Notes under the pieces: model-generated
Database searches by the model: none
Seen by the model: the letters and a program-made list of their open reading frames with translations, nothing else
What the model was told of the DNA's origin: nothing
Origin: an uncultured Clostridia bacterium
GTDB lineage: Bacteria; Bacillota; Clostridia; TANB77; UBA1234
Assembly: GCA_934149305.1 (NCBI GenBank)
Contig: CAKPEF010000002.1
Coordinates: 75,689-139,688 of the forward strand
Direction: 5' to 3'
DNA length: 64,000 bases
Part shown: in pieces, positions 42,160 to 53,141 of the stretch
How positions within the stretch are numbered: position 1 is the first letter of the stretch
Layout: each line of letters begins with the position of its first letter
Translations under genes and position numbers: made by a program

Positions 42160-42756
42160 ATGGCTTTTAGTGCATCAATAGAAAAGTTAATAGAAGAATT
42201 TGAAAAATTACCAAGCATTGGTCACAAGACAGCCGTTAGACTTGCTTTTTATGTGCTAAATATGCCACTTGATGATGCAAAAAAATTCTCGGAAACAATA
42301 ATTGAGGCGAGAGAAAAGTTAAAATATTGTTCGATTTGTGGGAATATAACAGATGAAGATCCATGCACGATATGTTCAAATACTAAGAGAAATAAAGAAC
42401 TTGTTTGTGTGGTAGAAGATGTTAGAGATATAATACCAATTGAGAGAACGCATGAATATACAGGAGTTTATCATGTACTTCATGGCGTGATTTCTCCAAT
42501 GAATGGTGTAGGACCAAATGATATAAACTTAAAAGACTTAATGACAAGAATAGGAAGTGGCGAAATAAAAGAGTTGATACTTGCAACAAACCCGAATGTT
42601 GAGGGGGAAGCAACAGCAATGTATATTTCAAAACTTGTAAAACCTTTTAACATTAAAACAACCAGAATTGCACACGGAATACCAATAGGTGGCGATTTAG
42701 AGTACACAGATGAGGTGACTCTTGCAAAAGCATTAGAAAATAGAAGAGAGATATAA
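42160..42756 (+). CDS. recR: recombination protein RecR
   Basis: HhH N-terminus [17 protein letters not shown]; C4 zinc finger [16 protein letters not shown]; Toprim domain. Start at the RBS-supported ATG. Confidence 0.85.
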   Translation: MAFSASIEKLIEEFEKLPSIGHKTAVRLAFYVLNMPLDDAKKFSETIIEAREKLKYCSICGNITDEDPCTICSNTKRNKELVCVVEDVRDIIPIERTHEYTGVYHVLHGVISPMNGVGPNDINLKDLMTRIGSGEIKELILATNPNVEGEATAMYISKLVKPFNIKTTRIAHGIPIGGDLEYTDEVTLAKALENRREI

Positions 42757-42759
42757 AAA

Positions 42760-42808
42760 TAAGACTATATATTTTTCAATCTTTATGAAAAATATATAGT
42801 CTTATTTG
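42760..42808 (+). terminator. rho-independent terminator
   Basis: Long AT stem taagactatatattttt.../...aaaaatatatagtctta. Confidence 0.55.
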
Positions 42809-42927
42809 TTTTATTATATATAAATATATTTTTTGGCGGTAAATTGTAGAAGCATGATTTGTATTGTACGCTGGTTATTGACAAAATTAAACGGATATTT
42901 TTATAATAAAATAAGAGGTGATTTACT

Positions 42928-44148
42928 ATGATGACTCCAAATGAATTGTGGGAAAAAATTCAGTACTATAAGCTTAGTGGCAGAACAGATTATATTGATT
43001 TAGAGAAACAGTATAATAATGAGAAAGTGAGAAGCAAAACTGCACATGATGAAGCAAGAGAAACTGCTGGAAAGATTCGAGAGATGATGGATAATGGGGA
43101 ATATAATAGAATAATGAAAATAACCGATTATTATACGGGTATGAATGAAAGAGAAAAGTTAGCTATTAAATTTTCTGAACTAATGTCTTTCTTTGAAAAA
43201 ATAACTCCAAATTGGGCAGAAAATTATAATAAAAAAGAAGAAGAAAGAACAAACAATATGTCTGCTAAGATAGATGAAAGTGAAATTTCAATTGATAAAA
43301 TTGTAAGTGATGCTAATGAATTACCAAATGGATTATATCTAAACATAGATTCTGAAAATTTACGCTCAATAAGAATTACTGCATTAACAATGTTTTATGC
43401 TAATAAAATTGCACATCAATCTCGTTACTTAAGAGAAAGCATTTTATCACATCACTTAAATTATGAAATTAAAAGTAATGAGATATTGGAAAAAAATATA
43501 AAAGACGGAAGATTTAAAGAAATATCAAATAAGCTAAAAAATTATTATATGAGTAAATTTGAATATAAAGAAGAAAGAGATAGAGGTGCGAGTGAAGAAG
43601 ATTTAAAGATAAGATTGTCGGATTATAGTATGCGCCTAAAAGTTTTGGAAGAATGTGGAATCGATAGAGAGGATAAATTTATTTTACGAAGTAAAGCTTT
43701 ATCAACTTTAATTACTTCAGAGAAAGATGCTTTTTCTATAAAGGATATAGCGATGAAAGATTTGGTTAATCAATTAAGTAAACAAAGCGATATTTTATAT
43801 GGAGTAAAAAAAGATAATGAAGGAAAAGAAATTTTAGTCGTAGATTTACCAGGGTATGGACAATTTTCAGTGCACACTAAGGCTGAGAACTGCATGAGAA
43901 AAGAAAAAATTCCTCAATATCCATATGAAGTATATGGAGTTGATATAGGTAATGTTTTATTATTAGAAACAAAATCACCAACAATGAATTATATTCTTAA
44001 TAAGTATACTAAAAAAGCAAAAATAGTGAATGAATTAATTAAGTTAGGTGATATAGGTGAAGCACATCAAATTGCTGTAAAATTAGGATATAATAAAAAT
44101 ACACTTAGAAAAATACATAGTGAGATTGATTTAAATCAATCAGTATAA
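42928..44148 (+). CDS. hypothetical protein
   Basis: ORF with RBS GAGGTG; no known motifs. Confidence 0.5.
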   Translation: MMTPNELWEKIQYYKLSGRTDYIDLEKQYNNEKVRSKTAHDEARETAGKIREMMDNGEYNRIMKITDYYTGMNEREKLAIKFSELMSFFEKITPNWAENYNKKEEERTNNMSAKIDESEISIDKIVSDANELPNGLYLNIDSENLRSIRITALTMFYANKIAHQSRYLRESILSHHLNYEIKSNEILEKNIKDGRFKEISNKLKNYYMSKFEYKEERDRGASEEDLKIRLSDYSMRLKVLEECGIDREDKFILRSKALSTLITSEKDAFSIKDIAMKDLVNQLSKQSDILYGVKKDNEGKEILVVDLPGYGQFSVHTKAENCMRKEKIPQYPYEVYGVDIGNVLLLETKSPTMNYILNKYTKKAKIVNELIKLGDIGEAHQIAVKLGYNKNTLRKIHSEIDLNQSV

Positions 44149-44158
44149 AATTTGGGGA

Positions 44159-44536
44159 GTGATACGAATGGTAATAAGCGAATGTAGTACTTTGTTGAAA
44201 GATGATTTTCTAAGAGATAAAGTTGAAAAAATATCCAACAAAATCGAAGAGAATGATATAGAGACTGCATATAAAACAGCTCAACTTTTGATAAATTATA
44301 TAAATATGGATTTTTTACAGAAAAAATATAATATAATCAAATTAGAAGATTCTCAAATGTCAAATATATTAAAAATATATTTGACAAGGGAAGAAGAGTT
44401 ATTTAGAAAAAATAATTATATAAATAACATTTATATAGATGTATCTGAAAGAAGGCCTTGTAAAGAAGATGTTATAGAGTTATTATACGCTGCTGAGGAT
44501 ATTTGTAGAAGCAAAAAAGAAAAATATGGAATATAA
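44159..44536 (+). CDS. hypothetical protein
   Basis: ORF tightly following the previous gene. Confidence 0.45.
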   Translation: MIRMVISECSTLLKDDFLRDKVEKISNKIEENDIETAYKTAQLLINYINMDFLQKKYNIIKLEDSQMSNILKIYLTREEELFRKNNYINNIYIDVSERRPCKEDVIELLYAAEDICRSKKEKYGI

Positions 44537-44632
44537 AAGTATTTACATAATACAAAAATTGTGGTATAATACTAAGCAGTTGATAAAATATTTTAATAGT
44601 TATTGCTACAGTAGCAGGAAAGGGTTCATTAT

Positions 44633-44860
44633 ATGAATAAGTATTGTGAGCTTGAGTCTAGACTTGAGAAAATTGCCTTTGAAAGACCCAAAATGGAAGG
44701 CGATAGTGTCCGGTGCTATTTATTTTTAGCGGGAGAAGCACACAGGCTTTTGGGAAAGCTTGATCAGGTAAGACTTATGGATTTGCCTGAAGATTTCGAG
44801 TTGTCTTTTATCGAGAAACAGGTAGAAGATATCGAAAAAAGAATAAAGAAGATTTGTTAA
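44633..44860 (+). CDS. hypothetical small protein (contains an in-frame CGG at 44711)
   Basis: ORF with RBS GGAAAGGG. Confidence 0.4.
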   Translation: MNKYCELESRLEKIAFERPKMEGDSVRCYLFLAGEAHRLLGKLDQVRLMDLPEDFELSFIEKQVEDIEKRIKKIC

Positions 44861-44862
44861 AA

Positions 44863-44906
44863 AAGAAACTGATCGCACAGTATTTTGGCGATCAGTTTCT
44901 TTTTAT
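44863..44906 (+). terminator. rho-independent terminator
   Basis: 13-bp stem agaaactgatcgc/gcgatcagtttct followed by a T-run. Confidence 0.8.
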
Positions 44907-44978
44907 ATATGAAAAACAGCACATTTTACATTTATTGGAAAGTCAGTAAAGCTAATATTGTACTTTTTGAGAAATTTT

Positions 44979-46868
44979 TTATATCTGATTTTCTATTAAA
45001 TATTCCCATTCTTTATATAATTCAGTTATTTTTGTATTTATTTCTTCGATTTCGCTTGTGACTTCCATTGCTTTTTGATAGTCGCTCGAGTATTCTGGAG
45101 TTTCTAAAAGAGCATTTAAAGAATTTAATTTGTTGTTTAATTCTTCCATTTCTGATTCTATTTTTTTAATCTTATTTTCAATTTTTCTTTTGGCTGCTTC
45201 TTGCTCTTTTTTCTCTTTGTATGACAAGGCATTCTGACTCACAGTGTTTTCTTTTTTTATCTCATTTTTTACAAAGTTTGATATAAAAAAGTCATAATTT
45301 CCTTTGAATTCGGATAGTTTTTGATTATCAATATAGTAGATTTTTGTTGCTAATTTGTTTATGAAAAATCTATCGTGAGAAACAATCAAAAGTGTACCAT
45401 CGTAATCTAGTAGTGCACTTTCTAAAGCCTCTCGCGATGGAATATCTAAATGGTTTGTTGGTTCATCTAGTATTAAAAAGTTAGATTCTGAAAGCATTAA
45501 GTTAAGTAATGATAATCTTGCTTTTTCACCACCGCTTAAATCATTTACATTTTTAAATACATCTTCGCCTTTAAATAAAAACGCTGCAAGTGCGCTTCTT
45601 ATCTCGGTTTGAGTAAGTTTTGGATACATGTCCCACATGTACTCTAAAACATTTTTATTAGAAAAGGTTATATTAGAGGTTTGCTTATAGTATGCAATTT
45701 TTATATTTCCGCCAACATCTATAATTCCGCTATCTAATGGTATTTCTTTCATAACCATGTTTAAAATTGTTGTTTTACCAGAGCCATTGGGACCAAGCAA
45801 AAATACTCTTTCTTTTTTATATACTATAAATGAAGCTTTATTTAATAATGTTTTTTCACCAAAAGATTTTGAAATCTCATTCGCAACAACAACTTCTTTG
45901 TTACCACCAGATATTGTTTTGAATTTAAAGTGTATTGTATCTAATTCATCAGGTGGTTTTACCATATCGTTTTCGATTCTATCTATTGATTTTTGTTTGT
46001 TTCTTATTATTTTATAATTTCTCTCTTGACTCCATGTTACCTGCTGAGCTATTATTCCTTCAATTCGTTCTATTTCTTTTTGCTGCAAATTATATTTTTT
46101 AGTCATTGCAGTTTCTTTTTCTTTCTTTAGTTCAAGATATTTTGAGTAATTTCCAGAATAACTACTAAGTACATGGTTTTCAAGTTCTATTGTTTCATTT
46201 GTTACTTTGTCTAAAAAGTATCTGTCATGGGAAATTACAATAAAACTTCCCTTATAATTCATTAAAAAGTTTTCTAACCATTCGATAGATTCTATATCTA
46301 AATTGTTGGTTGGTTCATCTAAAAGTAGCAAATTTGAATCGCTGAGTAATAATTTTGCTAGTGCTATTTTTGTTTTTTGACCACCACTCAAATTTGCTAG
46401 ATTAAGAGACAATTCATTTTCTGTAAAACCAAGGCCGAGTAAGGTTGAACGCGTTAAATTTTTATATGTATAACCTCCGTTATTTTTATAGCTATTTATA
46501 ATTTCTTCTTGTCTTTTTATTAAAGCCGCAGTGTGATTTTCTAAAAGTTCATGATTTATTTTATCAAGTTCTCCTTCAAGTTTAATAAGGTTATTAAAAA
46601 CGCTAAGTGTGTCATCGTATATATTAATATTTTCGTTTGCATTTATGAATTGGTCTACATACGCTATTTTAGTTGATTTAGATATAAATATATCGCCTCC
46701 ATCTTGCTTTAATCTGTTTGCAATTATTTTAAAAAGTGTTGTTTTTCCACTTCCATTTGCACCAACAAATCCTATTTTATGGTTGTTTTCTATATTTAAA
46801 GATACATCTTTTAGTATAAGATCGCTTCCAAAATATTTAGTTATATTGCTTAAACTAAGTAGTGCCAT
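44979..46868 (-). CDS. ABC-F family ATPase (two ABC domains, C-terminal coiled coil; Uup/EttA-like)
   Basis: Two Walker A (GANGSGKTT, GPNGSGKTT) and two signature LSGGQ/LSGGE motifs. Start at the RBS-supported MALLSLSNITKYF. Confidence 0.8.
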   Translation of the reverse strand: MALLSLSNITKYFGSDLILKDVSLNIENNHKIGFVGANGSGKTTLFKIIANRLKQDGGDIFISKSTKIAYVDQFINANENINIYDDTLSVFNNLIKLEGELDKINHELLENHTAALIKRQEEIINSYKNNGGYTYKNLTRSTLLGLGFTENELSLNLANLSGGQKTKIALAKLLLSDSNLLLLDEPTNNLDIESIEWLENFLMNYKGSFIVISHDRYFLDKVTNETIELENHVLSSYSGNYSKYLELKKEKETAMTKKYNLQQKEIERIEGIIAQQVTWSQERNYKIIRNKQKSIDRIENDMVKPPDELDTIHFKFKTISGGNKEVVVANEISKSFGEKTLLNKASFIVYKKERVFLLGPNGSGKTTILNMVMKEIPLDSGIIDVGGNIKIAYYKQTSNITFSNKNVLEYMWDMYPKLTQTEIRSALAAFLFKGEDVFKNVNDLSGGEKARLSLLNLMLSESNFLILDEPTNHLDIPSREALESALLDYDGTLLIVSHDRFFINKLATKIYYIDNQKLSEFKGNYDFFISNFVKNEIKKENTVSQNALSYKEKKEQEAAKRKIENKIKKIESEMEELNNKLNSLNALLETPEYSSDYQKAMEVTSEIEEINTKITELYKEWEYLIENQI

Positions 46869-46978
46869 ATTGTTTCTCCTTTTCTTAATTACTAAGGATA
46901 TAATAAATAAAAAAGCAGAAAAAGTCAATTGATTCCAAGTGATAAATAGTGTAATATATAGTTAAAAGGAGCGATTAT

Positions 46979-47563
46979 ATGACAAAGAAAAAGTTGAAAG
47001 CCGTTTTTATATTATGCGTTTTAGTGCTTATTGTACTAATTTTTGTTACTAGCTGTAATAATGGGAATGTAATTCAAAATAATAATGAAGAAAATAGAGG
47101 AGATACAAATGTTGCTATAGTTAAAGATCTAGGAAAATATGATTATAACAACCTTACTGAAGAACAAAAGAATGAAATAAGAAGCAAATATGAAGTTATA
47201 AACTTCACAGATGAGGGACTCAAAATATATGATACAGTAAACAAAAGTAAGCTAAAAGAGACCATAACAAGCAAATGGCCTGAGAATGAGATTGGCAAAT
47301 TTATACCAGAGGCAACATATAGTGAATTAGATAAAATAGAGTATGGCGAAAACTTCATAAATGTGTTTTTTGATGGTGCGTCAAAGGGGGATGCAAAAGA
47401 TTATTTAAAAAAACTAAAGAAGGCGGACTTTAAAGAAAACCAAAAGACAGATGATGGCAAAGCGATGTTACAATACACTATTTATAATGAAAATGGGGAT
47501 AGAGTTATAGTAAGATACATGAAAGCAAGCAAAAAACTAGAGATTAGAGCAGAAAAGAATTAG
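46979..47563 (+). CDS. hypothetical lipoprotein
   Basis: Signal peptide with lipobox VTSC. Confidence 0.55.
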   Translation: MTKKKLKAVFILCVLVLIVLIFVTSCNNGNVIQNNNEENRGDTNVAIVKDLGKYDYNNLTEEQKNEIRSKYEVINFTDEGLKIYDTVNKSKLKETITSKWPENEIGKFIPEATYSELDKIEYGENFINVFFDGASKGDAKDYLKKLKKADFKENQKTDDGKAMLQYTIYNENGDRVIVRYMKASKKLEIRAEKN

Positions 47564-47672
47564 TCTTTTATCCACTTTTTCTGTCGATATGTGTTGAAAT
47601 TTAGGCAAAATCAGTATATAATGTTGAAAAAATTGAATAAACAAACCAAAAATGATTATCGGAGGTAACTTT

Positions 47673-48821
47673 ATGAAAGAGGCAAGAGAAATTTTTGATG
47701 AACAGTATGAAATCGAAAAAGCCATGTACATGTACCAAGCTTATCCGTGTCTTAGAAATGAGATAAACAGCTATGTTTCTTTGATAAAGGAACGGGTAAT
47801 TGGCCAAGAAAAGGCAATAAAAAATTTGGTGTATGTAACATATTATAACCAGTATCTGAATTACATTGAAAGTTATACAGAGGAAAGCGGTGGAAAGCGC
47901 GAATCAATGATGATTGTGGCACCGACTGGTTCTGGTAAATCAACAATGTTTAAGGCGCTTGAGGATGCTTTTAATCTTCCTGTATATCGTGCTAATGTTA
48001 CAGCTGTAACATCAGCCGGATATGTTGGCGAAAAGGTTGAAACAATGCTACTTGGACTTATTGACAAGGCAGGTGGTGATATCGAAAAGGCAGAAGAAGG
48101 GGTATTACTTATTGATGAAATAGACAAAAAAATAATATCTACAACTTCTGAAAGAGATGTTGCTGGAAAAGCAGTTCAGCAAGAATTGCTTAAATTTTTT
48201 GATGATGCAACAATTACTGTAACAAAACCTCATGCTTTAAAAACTGGTGAGACTGTTATGGAAAAAATCAAATTCCATACTGGCAGATTGACAATTGTTT
48301 TTGCCGGCGCATGTGTGGGCCTTGAGGAAATACGCCAGAAAAGACTTAAAAAGCAACCTATAGGTTTTGTAAGTGAAGAAACTTTAGAGAAAACAGGTGA
48401 GTATATACCTGAAGATTTAGTAGAATATGGCTTTATTCCTGAATTAGTCGGAAGAATAAACCACATTGAGGAACTAAAAAAACTCACAGAGCAAGACATC
48501 ATAGATATCATGTTTTTCTCAAAAGAATCAAGTATGCAAGAAAAAATGCGTATTTTGCGTTCGCTTGGGGTTAACAAGGTCGTGGTTGACTCAGTGCTTT
48601 GGGAACGGATTGCCACCATGGTAGCATTTGGAACGCTTGGTGTACGCGAATTGGATAATACCATAAGCAATCTATTTAGACCAATAATTTACAATGCATT
48701 TGGACACACAAGTGATGGAGAATTAAAAATTGATGCAAATGGCAACTACGAGCTTTCGTATCCTTGCGAGGAAAAAACATACAAAGGAAAAAGTTTAGAT
48801 TTTGAAGAATTAGAAGATTAA
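47673..48821 (+). CDS. ClpX-like AAA+ ATPase lacking the N-terminal zinc-binding domain (contains an in-frame CGG at 47793 read as Arg)
   Basis: VIGQEKAIK, GPTGSGKST, AGYVGE, IDEIDKK and sensor motifs. Start at the RBS (GGAGG)-supported ATG. Confidence 0.65.
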   Translation: MKEAREIFDEQYEIEKAMYMYQAYPCLRNEINSYVSLIKERVIGQEKAIKNLVYVTYYNQYLNYIESYTEESGGKRESMMIVAPTGSGKSTMFKALEDAFNLPVYRANVTAVTSAGYVGEKVETMLLGLIDKAGGDIEKAEEGVLLIDEIDKKIISTTSERDVAGKAVQQELLKFFDDATITVTKPHALKTGETVMEKIKFHTGRLTIVFAGACVGLEEIRQKRLKKQPIGFVSEETLEKTGEYIPEDLVEYGFIPELVGRINHIEELKKLTEQDIIDIMFFSKESSMQEKMRILRSLGVNKVVVDSVLWERIATMVAFGTLGVRELDNTISNLFRPIIYNAFGHTSDGELKIDANGNYELSYPCEEKTYKGKSLDFEELED

Positions 48822-48826
48822 AACAA

Positions 48827-48855
48827 AAACCAACCCATTCGGGTTGGTTTTTAAT
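48827..48855. terminator. bidirectional terminator
   Basis: Stem aaccaaccc/gggttggtt. Confidence 0.75.
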
Positions 48856-48859
48856 ATAC

Positions 48860-50182
48860 TTATGCTTTTATTTTTTGCTTTTTATCTTTAGATGGTGATG
48901 CTGAATCACTTTTCTTCATCCAATCCTTACCATCAACTATTCTTGCGGCAAGCATTGAAGAAGCACTGTCACCAACAACATTTAAAACAGTTGCAGGTGC
49001 ATCTATAATTGTAGCAATTGTTGTAAGTATAGGAACTGCTGTAAGCGGATATCCAAGCATCGTGATAATCATTGTCTCAGATATTGTTCCACCACCTATA
49101 GGAACTGCAGTTACAAGAAGTGTAGCAATTAGGGAAATACCTAATATTTGAAGCACACCACCTGCTGTATATACATTTGTTCCAAATAAGCATACCAAAA
49201 ACATTGCTTTAAATACAGAGCCGATTATAGAACCATCTTTATGAAAATTAGTTCCAAGAGGAATCAAAGTTTCAGCGATATCATCAGAAACACCTATATT
49301 TTTAGAAGTTTGCATATTAACTGGAATCGATGCAGCACTAGAGCATGTTGCAAGTGCTGTAAATGTTGCTGGTAAAATAAATTTCCAAAATCTCTTAAAA
49401 CCTTCTACACCTCCTGCAATGACAGCATATAGTGAATAAATAAAAAAGAAGCAGAAAATACAAGCAACAGTGTAAATTCCAAATACTTTTGCATACCCAA
49501 CCACAATGATTGTGCCAATCTTGCCAACGAATGCTGCAAAGTAGCAACCAAGTCCTATAGGCGCATAGTACATTATGATTGTTATAATTTTCATAATTAT
49601 TTCTGTTAAAGATTCTAAAACATTTTGCACAGGTTTTGCTTTCTCTCCGACCATTCTCATAGCACAACCGAACATTATAGAGAATACTACGATTGGGATG
49701 ATATTATCTTTTGATAGCAGTTTTGAAAAATCAGTTACTGTTAAAGCATCAACAGTTCTTTTTAAAAAATTTCTATCTTCTGGTTGCGCTTCTTCACCAC
49801 CAAGTTCAGCAAGGATTGCTGAACCTTTTTCACCTGAAACAAGCTCAAAAGGAAAAGTGAAAACAAGACCGATTAAGACTGCAACTAATGATGTTATAAC
49901 GAATACAAGTACAGTTGTACCCAGTATTTTGCCAACTCTTTTAGGTTGACTGATTTTTGAAATAGAAGTTGAAATTGTCAAAAAGATAAGTGGAACAATC
50001 ACCACAAACATTAAGTTCATGAAAATGTTACCAAGCGGTGTTAAAACCTCATCGATAAACTTCAAATAAAATTCTGGCGATGAACCATTTACTCCATTTG
50101 ATAAAAAAACTCCGACAATAGCACCTATAATTATAGATCCTACCAGGATGAGCGTTTGCTTGTAATTTTTAAGAAACGTCAT
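48860..50182 (-). CDS. dicarboxylate/amino acid:cation symporter (DAACS family)
   Basis: Family-typical N-terminus and polytopic profile; 440 aa. Confidence 0.7.
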   Translation of the reverse strand: MTFLKNYKQTLILVGSIIIGAIVGVFLSNGVNGSSPEFYLKFIDEVLTPLGNIFMNLMFVVIVPLIFLTISTSISKISQPKRVGKILGTTVLVFVITSLVAVLIGLVFTFPFELVSGEKGSAILAELGGEEAQPEDRNFLKRTVDALTVTDFSKLLSKDNIIPIVVFSIMFGCAMRMVGEKAKPVQNVLESLTEIIMKIITIIMYYAPIGLGCYFAAFVGKIGTIIVVGYAKVFGIYTVACIFCFFFIYSLYAVIAGGVEGFKRFWKFILPATFTALATCSSAASIPVNMQTSKNIGVSDDIAETLIPLGTNFHKDGSIIGSVFKAMFLVCLFGTNVYTAGGVLQILGISLIATLLVTAVPIGGGTISETMIITMLGYPLTAVPILTTIATIIDAPATVLNVVGDSASSMLAARIVDGKDWMKKSDSASPSKDKKQKIKA

Positions 50183-50349
50183 AAAAAATACCTCCTTTAT
50201 TAAATTATACTGCCATTATATAAAGTTTCTTTTTAAAAATCAATACAAAATTATAAAATTTGAAATCATAGGTTATGTATGATAGAATAAAGGCATCAAT
50301 TAAATTTATGCAAATTTATAAATTATAGAACCTAAAAAGGAGAGAGAAT

Positions 50350-50979
50350 ATGTTAGATAATGTAAAACTTCCATGCCATAGTAGCATAAAAATAGAGGGA
50401 AGCAAAACGATATATGTAGACCCTTTTATGATAGATAAAGATTATAGTGATGCAGATTATATTTTTTGCACGCATGGGCATTATGATCATTTTTCAGAAG
50501 AAGATATATTAAAAGTAATGAATGAAAAGACTAAAATAATTACCGTTGAGTGCACACACGGAATGGCTAGAGGTTTGTTTCAAGATGAAAACAAAATCAT
50601 TATAGTAGAGCCCAATAATGAATATGAAATTGATGATATAAAATTTAAAACAACTCCAGCATACAATAAAGAAAAAATGTATCATCAAAAGAAAGAAAAT
50701 TGGGTTGGCTATATAATAGAATTAGATGGTCTTAAATATTATATAGCAGGAGATACAGATGCTATTGATGAACTATTAAACATAGAATGTGATGTAGCAT
50801 TTTTGCCTGTAGGTGGAAAATACACGATGGATTATAAAGAAGCCGCATATTTGGCAAACGAAATCACGGCTGATGTTGTAATTCCAACTCATTATGGAAG
50901 CATTGTCGGCGAAAAAGAAGATGGCGAAAAGTTTGCTAAACTAGTTAATGGAAAGGAAGTTAAGGTTTATATAAAATAA
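50350..50979 (+). CDS. MBL-fold metallo-hydrolase
   Basis: HGHYDH metal-binding motif. Confidence 0.65.
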   Translation: MLDNVKLPCHSSIKIEGSKTIYVDPFMIDKDYSDADYIFCTHGHYDHFSEEDILKVMNEKTKIITVECTHGMARGLFQDENKIIIVEPNNEYEIDDIKFKTTPAYNKEKMYHQKKENWVGYIIELDGLKYYIAGDTDAIDELLNIECDVAFLPVGGKYTMDYKEAAYLANEITADVVIPTHYGSIVGEKEDGEKFAKLVNGKEVKVYIK

Positions 50980-51719
50980 TGAGAAATATAAAAATAATAA
51001 TAGAATATGACGGGAAAAATTTTGCTGGGTGGCAAATTCAACCTGGCAAAGCAAGTATACAAGGAGAAATGCAAAGAGCATTAAAAGATGTAACAGGAGA
51101 AGATATTGAAATAATAGCTTCAGGCAGAACTGATGCGGGTGTTCATGCGTATGGACAAACGGCTAATTTTAAAACAAATTCGAAAGTGCCAATTCAAAAA
51201 ATACCTTATGCATTAAATGCCAAACTTCCTAAGAGCATAGTTGTAAAATCTGCAGAAGAAGTTGATGAAAGATTTCATTCAAGATATAATGCAAAAGGAA
51301 AAACATATAAATATATTATAAACAATAACGAATTTCCATCAGCATTAGATAGATATAGAGAGTTTTATATGCCAAGCCATTTAGATAAAGAGGCTATGAG
51401 AAGAGCATTAAAGAAATTTGAAGGAGAGCATGATTTTAAAGGTTTTAAATCATCAGGTGGCAGCCCTAAAAAAACTACTGTTAGAACAATAACAAAGGCA
51501 GAAATGAGAGAACACGATGGAAAAATAGAAATAGAACTAACAGGAGATGGTTTTTTATATAATATGGTGCGAATAATCTGCGGAACGATAGTAGATGTCG
51601 GACTTGGAAAAATAAATGAAAATGAAATAGAAAATATAATACTTTCAGGCGACAGAACTAGAGCTGGCAAGACATTGCCACCACATGGTTTATACTTGAT
51701 GAAAGTTTACTATAAATAA
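50979..51719 (+). CDS. truA: tRNA pseudouridine(38-40) synthase
   Basis: IEYDGKNFAGWQIQ and RTDAGVHA motifs. Confidence 0.85.
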   Translation: MRNIKIIIEYDGKNFAGWQIQPGKASIQGEMQRALKDVTGEDIEIIASGRTDAGVHAYGQTANFKTNSKVPIQKIPYALNAKLPKSIVVKSAEEVDERFHSRYNAKGKTYKYIINNNEFPSALDRYREFYMPSHLDKEAMRRALKKFEGEHDFKGFKSSGGSPKKTTVRTITKAEMREHDGKIEIELTGDGFLYNMVRIICGTIVDVGLGKINENEIENIILSGDRTRAGKTLPPHGLYLMKVYYK

Positions 51720-51763
51720 CTAGAAAGGAGAATAGCATAACATTAAAGTTATGCTTAAATTTT

Positions 51764-52582
51764 ATGGATTTATCTAATGAGATTGTTGTTCAAGAAAATA
51801 TAAATGGTGTTGAAGTTTTAAGATTTAGAAAGTTATTAGAATATCCAAATTTAAAGCATGCATATGCATTAAAACCGTTTAATTTTAGAAGATTAGAGGG
51901 AGAAGATTCAAAATATAATGAGTATGAGAAATTCTTAAAAGCAGTAGAAATAAATCCTATAACACTTGTAAAACCAAATCAAACACATAGTGACAATATT
52001 CTGAAAATTGAAAAAAAGCAAAATGAAAATTTGCCAGATATATATTTAGAATATTTGGATGGAGTTGATGCGAGCATAACAAACAAACCTCAAATAACAC
52101 TTGCATCAACAAATGCAGACTGTATTTTAATAATGTTTTATGATAAAAATAAAAATGTAATAGCAAATGTGCATTCGGGTTGGAGAGGTACATTTCAAAA
52201 GATAGCACAAAAAACAGTAAAGAAAATGAAAGAAGACTACAACTCAAATCCAGAGGATATAATAGCTTGCATATGTCCGGCAATCAGAGTGTGCCACTTT
52301 GAAGTGGATACAGATGTTAAAGAAGAATGTGAAAGAATATTCAAATACACTAATAGATTAGATGAAATAATAAAACTTGGAAGAGTATTTGAAGAAAAAC
52401 AAAAATACAATATAGACACAATACTAATAAATAAAATATTGCTAAAAGAAGAAGGATTAAAAGAAGAAAATATATTAGATTCTGGCATTTGTAGTGTATG
52501 TTCATCAGAAAAAGTACATTCAAGAAGAGTAGAAGGAGCAAACTTTGGAGTCGGAAGTGCAGTGATTGCTTTGGATTTTTAG
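51764..52582 (+). CDS. pgeF: YfiH/PgeF (DUF152) laccase-domain peptidoglycan editing factor
   Basis: HSGWRGT motif and conserved His/Cys positions. Confidence 0.7.
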   Translation: MDLSNEIVVQENINGVEVLRFRKLLEYPNLKHAYALKPFNFRRLEGEDSKYNEYEKFLKAVEINPITLVKPNQTHSDNILKIEKKQNENLPDIYLEYLDGVDASITNKPQITLASTNADCILIMFYDKNKNVIANVHSGWRGTFQKIAQKTVKKMKEDYNSNPEDIIACICPAIRVCHFEVDTDVKEECERIFKYTNRLDEIIKLGRVFEEKQKYNIDTILINKILLKEEGLKEENILDSGICSVCSSEKVHSRRVEGANFGVGSAVIALDF

Positions 52583-52636
52583 AACATAGTTGATTTCAGG
52601 AGTAATACTGGTTCAAGTGATAATTTCAAAAATAAA

Positions 52637-52668
52637 AAGAAGCGGTTTGCATTCCGCTTCTTTTTATT
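52637..52668. terminator. terminator hairpin
   Basis: Stem gaagcgg/ccgcttc followed by a T-run. Confidence 0.7.
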
Positions 52669-53107
52669 TTTTATATATTTTTTGCATTAGTGCTTCTTGA
52701 AGTACTTGTGAAAAGTTTATATTTAATGATTCTGCTTTTGTATTAAGCCATTGAGGAATAGTTAAATTTTTTCTAACAGATTTGTTACTCCATTTTTGTG
52801 CAAATTCATCTAAATCTACCAATACTAAAGTTTTAAATGAACTGATTACATCTTTATCATCTATTTCCCAGTTTTTTTGGACTTCCTTTAGATCAATATC
52901 TTCAATATTACTTTGTTTTGGTATTTTGTTTTTGCTTACATCATCTAAATCCTCTAATATATATGTGGCAATTAAATCTTGTGCCATATATAAGGCCTCT
53001 TCTAATGTTTTACCAAAAGTATTATTTGTATCTAGGTCTGGAACAAAAGCCATATATTCTTCTTTTGTTTGAAAAATACAAACGGGATAAATAACTTTCA
53101 TGTTCAC
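52664..53107 (-). CDS. hicB: HicB-family antitoxin
   Basis: N-terminus VIYPVCIFQTKEEYMAFVPDL...TLEEALYMAQDLI fits HicB. Confidence 0.6.
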   Translation of the reverse strand: MNMKVIYPVCIFQTKEEYMAFVPDLDTNNTFGKTLEEALYMAQDLIATYILEDLDDVSKNKIPKQSNIEDIDLKEVQKNWEIDDKDVISSFKTLVLVDLDEFAQKWSNKSVRKNLTIPQWLNTKAESLNINFSQVLQEALMQKIYKK

Positions 53108-53141
53108 ACCTCCTAATATATATTTACAAGCAAGGTCTATT

